The translations under genes were made by a program, and so were the position numbers. A DNA stretch of 20,000 nucleotides from Malassezia furfur (Eukaryota): the NCBI GenBank assembly GCA_052055015.1, contig JBQJIT010000019.1; one strand, written 5' to 3'. Of this stretch, positions 18,027-20,000 are shown in pieces; position 1 is the stretch's first letter, and each line of letters starts with the position of its first letter. Below the pieces are notes generated by a model. That model had not been told where the DNA came from. It did not search any database and worked only from the letters and a program-made list of their open reading frames with translations.

Positions 18027-19904
18027 CTATGAGGGCTGGTGCGCACCAGAGGGGGTATGCCCGTCCGCCGAGGGGGGCACAGCCGGCGTCGGTGCCGCCG
18101 CCGCGGCGCTCGGTTCGGCGCCCTTCTGTTGCGGAGGCGCCAACGGAGCCTGCACGGGCGCGGGCGGCCCCGGTGCGGGTGCAGGTGCGGGTGCGGCAGA
18201 GGCTGGTGCATTGGCCGACTGCGCAGGCGGCGCCGCGAGCGGCTCGTTGGCGTCCCCTGCCGCCGGTGCAGCGCTGTGCGTTGGCTGTCCTACCGGTTCG
18301 GCCGCCGAAGCCGGTACCCCCGTGGGCTCCTCCGGGTCCACCTCCATCTCGGTCGGCGCCGGCCGCGGCTCGACGGCCGGGGCAGGCGTCGGCTGCTGCG
18401 GCTCGGGTCGGTGGGAGTGCACGTTGCGGCGGCCGCCCTCGCCCTCGTCCTCTGAATCGCTCAGATCGCCATCGCGCTGGATCCGCTTGTCACGCAAACG
18501 TTGAATTTTGCTCGCACGCTCATCGGGGTTGTCCATATCATCGTCTTCGTCGTCGAGCGCCATGTCGTGGGCCAGGCGCGGCTCCACATGGCCTTGCACC
18601 GACGGCGCCGGTGTGATGTGACGCAGGTTCTCAAACACCTGTTCTTTAACCTTGTCGAGGTACTCGCGTGTGTTGAGATTTTCCATGTTGCTCGGGCGCA
18701 CGTCCAAGCGATAGTCTGGCCCAAAGTACTCGTAATACTCGTTCACCGGCACGATCGGGTTCAGCTCTTGCCCCGCCGCGAGGCCCGTTTCGTAGGCCCA
18801 CGCGCGGCTCACGTTCCGCATCGTATAGCCACCACCACCAAGCAGCAAGAGGGGCAAACCAAAGCTTTTGACAAACTCGACACAATTTGCATGCCCACGC
18901 ATCGACAGGTTGAAACAGCCCAGCTTGTCGCCCGACAGAGAGTCGGAACCACACTGGAGCACCACGGCCGAAGGCTGGTACTGTTCCATAATCCGCCGGA
19001 TAACCGGCTCAAACACGTATTTGTACGACTCGTCAGTGATCCCATCGCGCAGGGGAACATTGCACGCATAATTCTTCCCCTTTCCAATGCCCGTGTCACG
19101 CAGCTCACCCGTGCCCGGGAAAAACTCGCCATATTTATGGAAGGAGCACGTCATCACACGGTCCGTCGTGTAGAAAGCCTCCTCAACACCATCTCCGTGG
19201 TGCACGTCGATGTCGATATACAGGACGCGCGGATGGTAGCGCAACAGTTCGAGGATACCCAGGACAATGTCGTTGATGTAGCAGAACCCGCTCGCCTCGC
19301 CCTTTTTGGCATGATGCAATCCGCCGGCCCAGTTTACTGCAATGTCGCACTTGTCGCGCGAGAGACGCGCCGCGCCCTCTGAGGTTAGCAGGATTCACGC
19401 TTGGCTACGCACCCATTGATCCGCCCGCGGAGATCGAGCAGTATTCAAAGAGGCCATCAAATACAGGACAATCGTCACCCACGTTGTCTGCTGTCAAGGG
19501 CTCGACACGTACATTTGGCCTGCTCGCGCACATAAGCGTCCACGTTGTCCGGCGTCACGCGGTGCAAAAAGTCAACGTAGTCGTCGGTATGAAATTGCGA
19601 CATCTCGCGCTTGGTCGCCGGCTTGGCACGCTACCGTCAGACATTCACGTACAAAAATCTCCATCTTCTTGTACAGGCCATAGTTCATCACCAGCGAGTG
19701 ACACATCCGAATACGCGTGGGTTTCATGGGGTGCCCCGGCCCATAATGGTAGTTTCCGATATCCGAGTCGAAGAAGTAGCACACCCGGGACGGATTGCTT
19801 GAACCTTTAGACACAGGTTCCATGAGCGGCATGCCGCCCGCTCCAGGAATTGCAGGCCCTGAGGAGCCGCCTGCGGCATTCGAAGGCAGAAACGTCGAGC
19901 TCAT
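18027..19904 (-). CDS. RPD3: Class I histone deacetylase Rpd3/Clr6, 598 aa, 4 exons
   Basis: Motifs [94 protein letters not shown] and the acidic [13 protein letters not shown] tail. Introns are at 19631-19652 (22 nt), 19488-19512 (25 nt) and 19379-19412 (34 nt). Confidence 0.97.
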
Positions 19905-20000
19905 CAGGCGCCCTTGCACAGTGAGAAGGTAAGCCGCGTGTGCTTGCCACGTGGCCCCACGAGCACGGGTCGCCGACACGCCTCCGCGCCGATCCACAGT

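Noticed and set aside
18030..18400. Short GGTGCG-type repeats near the RPD3 3' end
   Set aside because: They encode an ordinary Pro/Ala-rich disordered tail; there is no repeat-spacer array or mobile element.

Overview
Gene-dense, GC-rich eukaryotic DNA, most consistent with a basidiomycete yeast of the Ustilaginomycotina, probably Malassezia (inferred from gene content, compaction and tiny introns). I can reconstruct 11 protein-coding genes and one tRNA, in order: a partial Cep57-MT-binding-domain coiled-coil protein (-), ALG2 (+), UGO1 (-), a small CDC26-like APC/C subunit (-), NCL1/TRM4 (+), intron-containing tRNA-Gly(GCC) (-), MDJ1 (-), LMW-PTP LTP1 (-), SLY1 (-), peroxisomal acyl-CoA thioesterase TES1/ACOT8 (+), JMJD4-like JmjC oxygenase (+), a GYF-domain protein (+) and RPD3 (-) (12 CDS counting the partial first gene). 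The most striking signal is the splicing architecture. Manual splicing gives 27 GT-AG introns of only 21-36 nt (median 24). It also gives a 3-nt microexon next to the JmjC iron-binding motif, a 9-nt microexon in the thioesterase, and several stop-free in-frame introns. Intergenic spacers are extremely short (2-78 nt in several cases), and CACGTG recurs in promoter regions. I found no mobile element, CRISPR array or rRNA. All exon models are manual and need RNA-seq confirmation.
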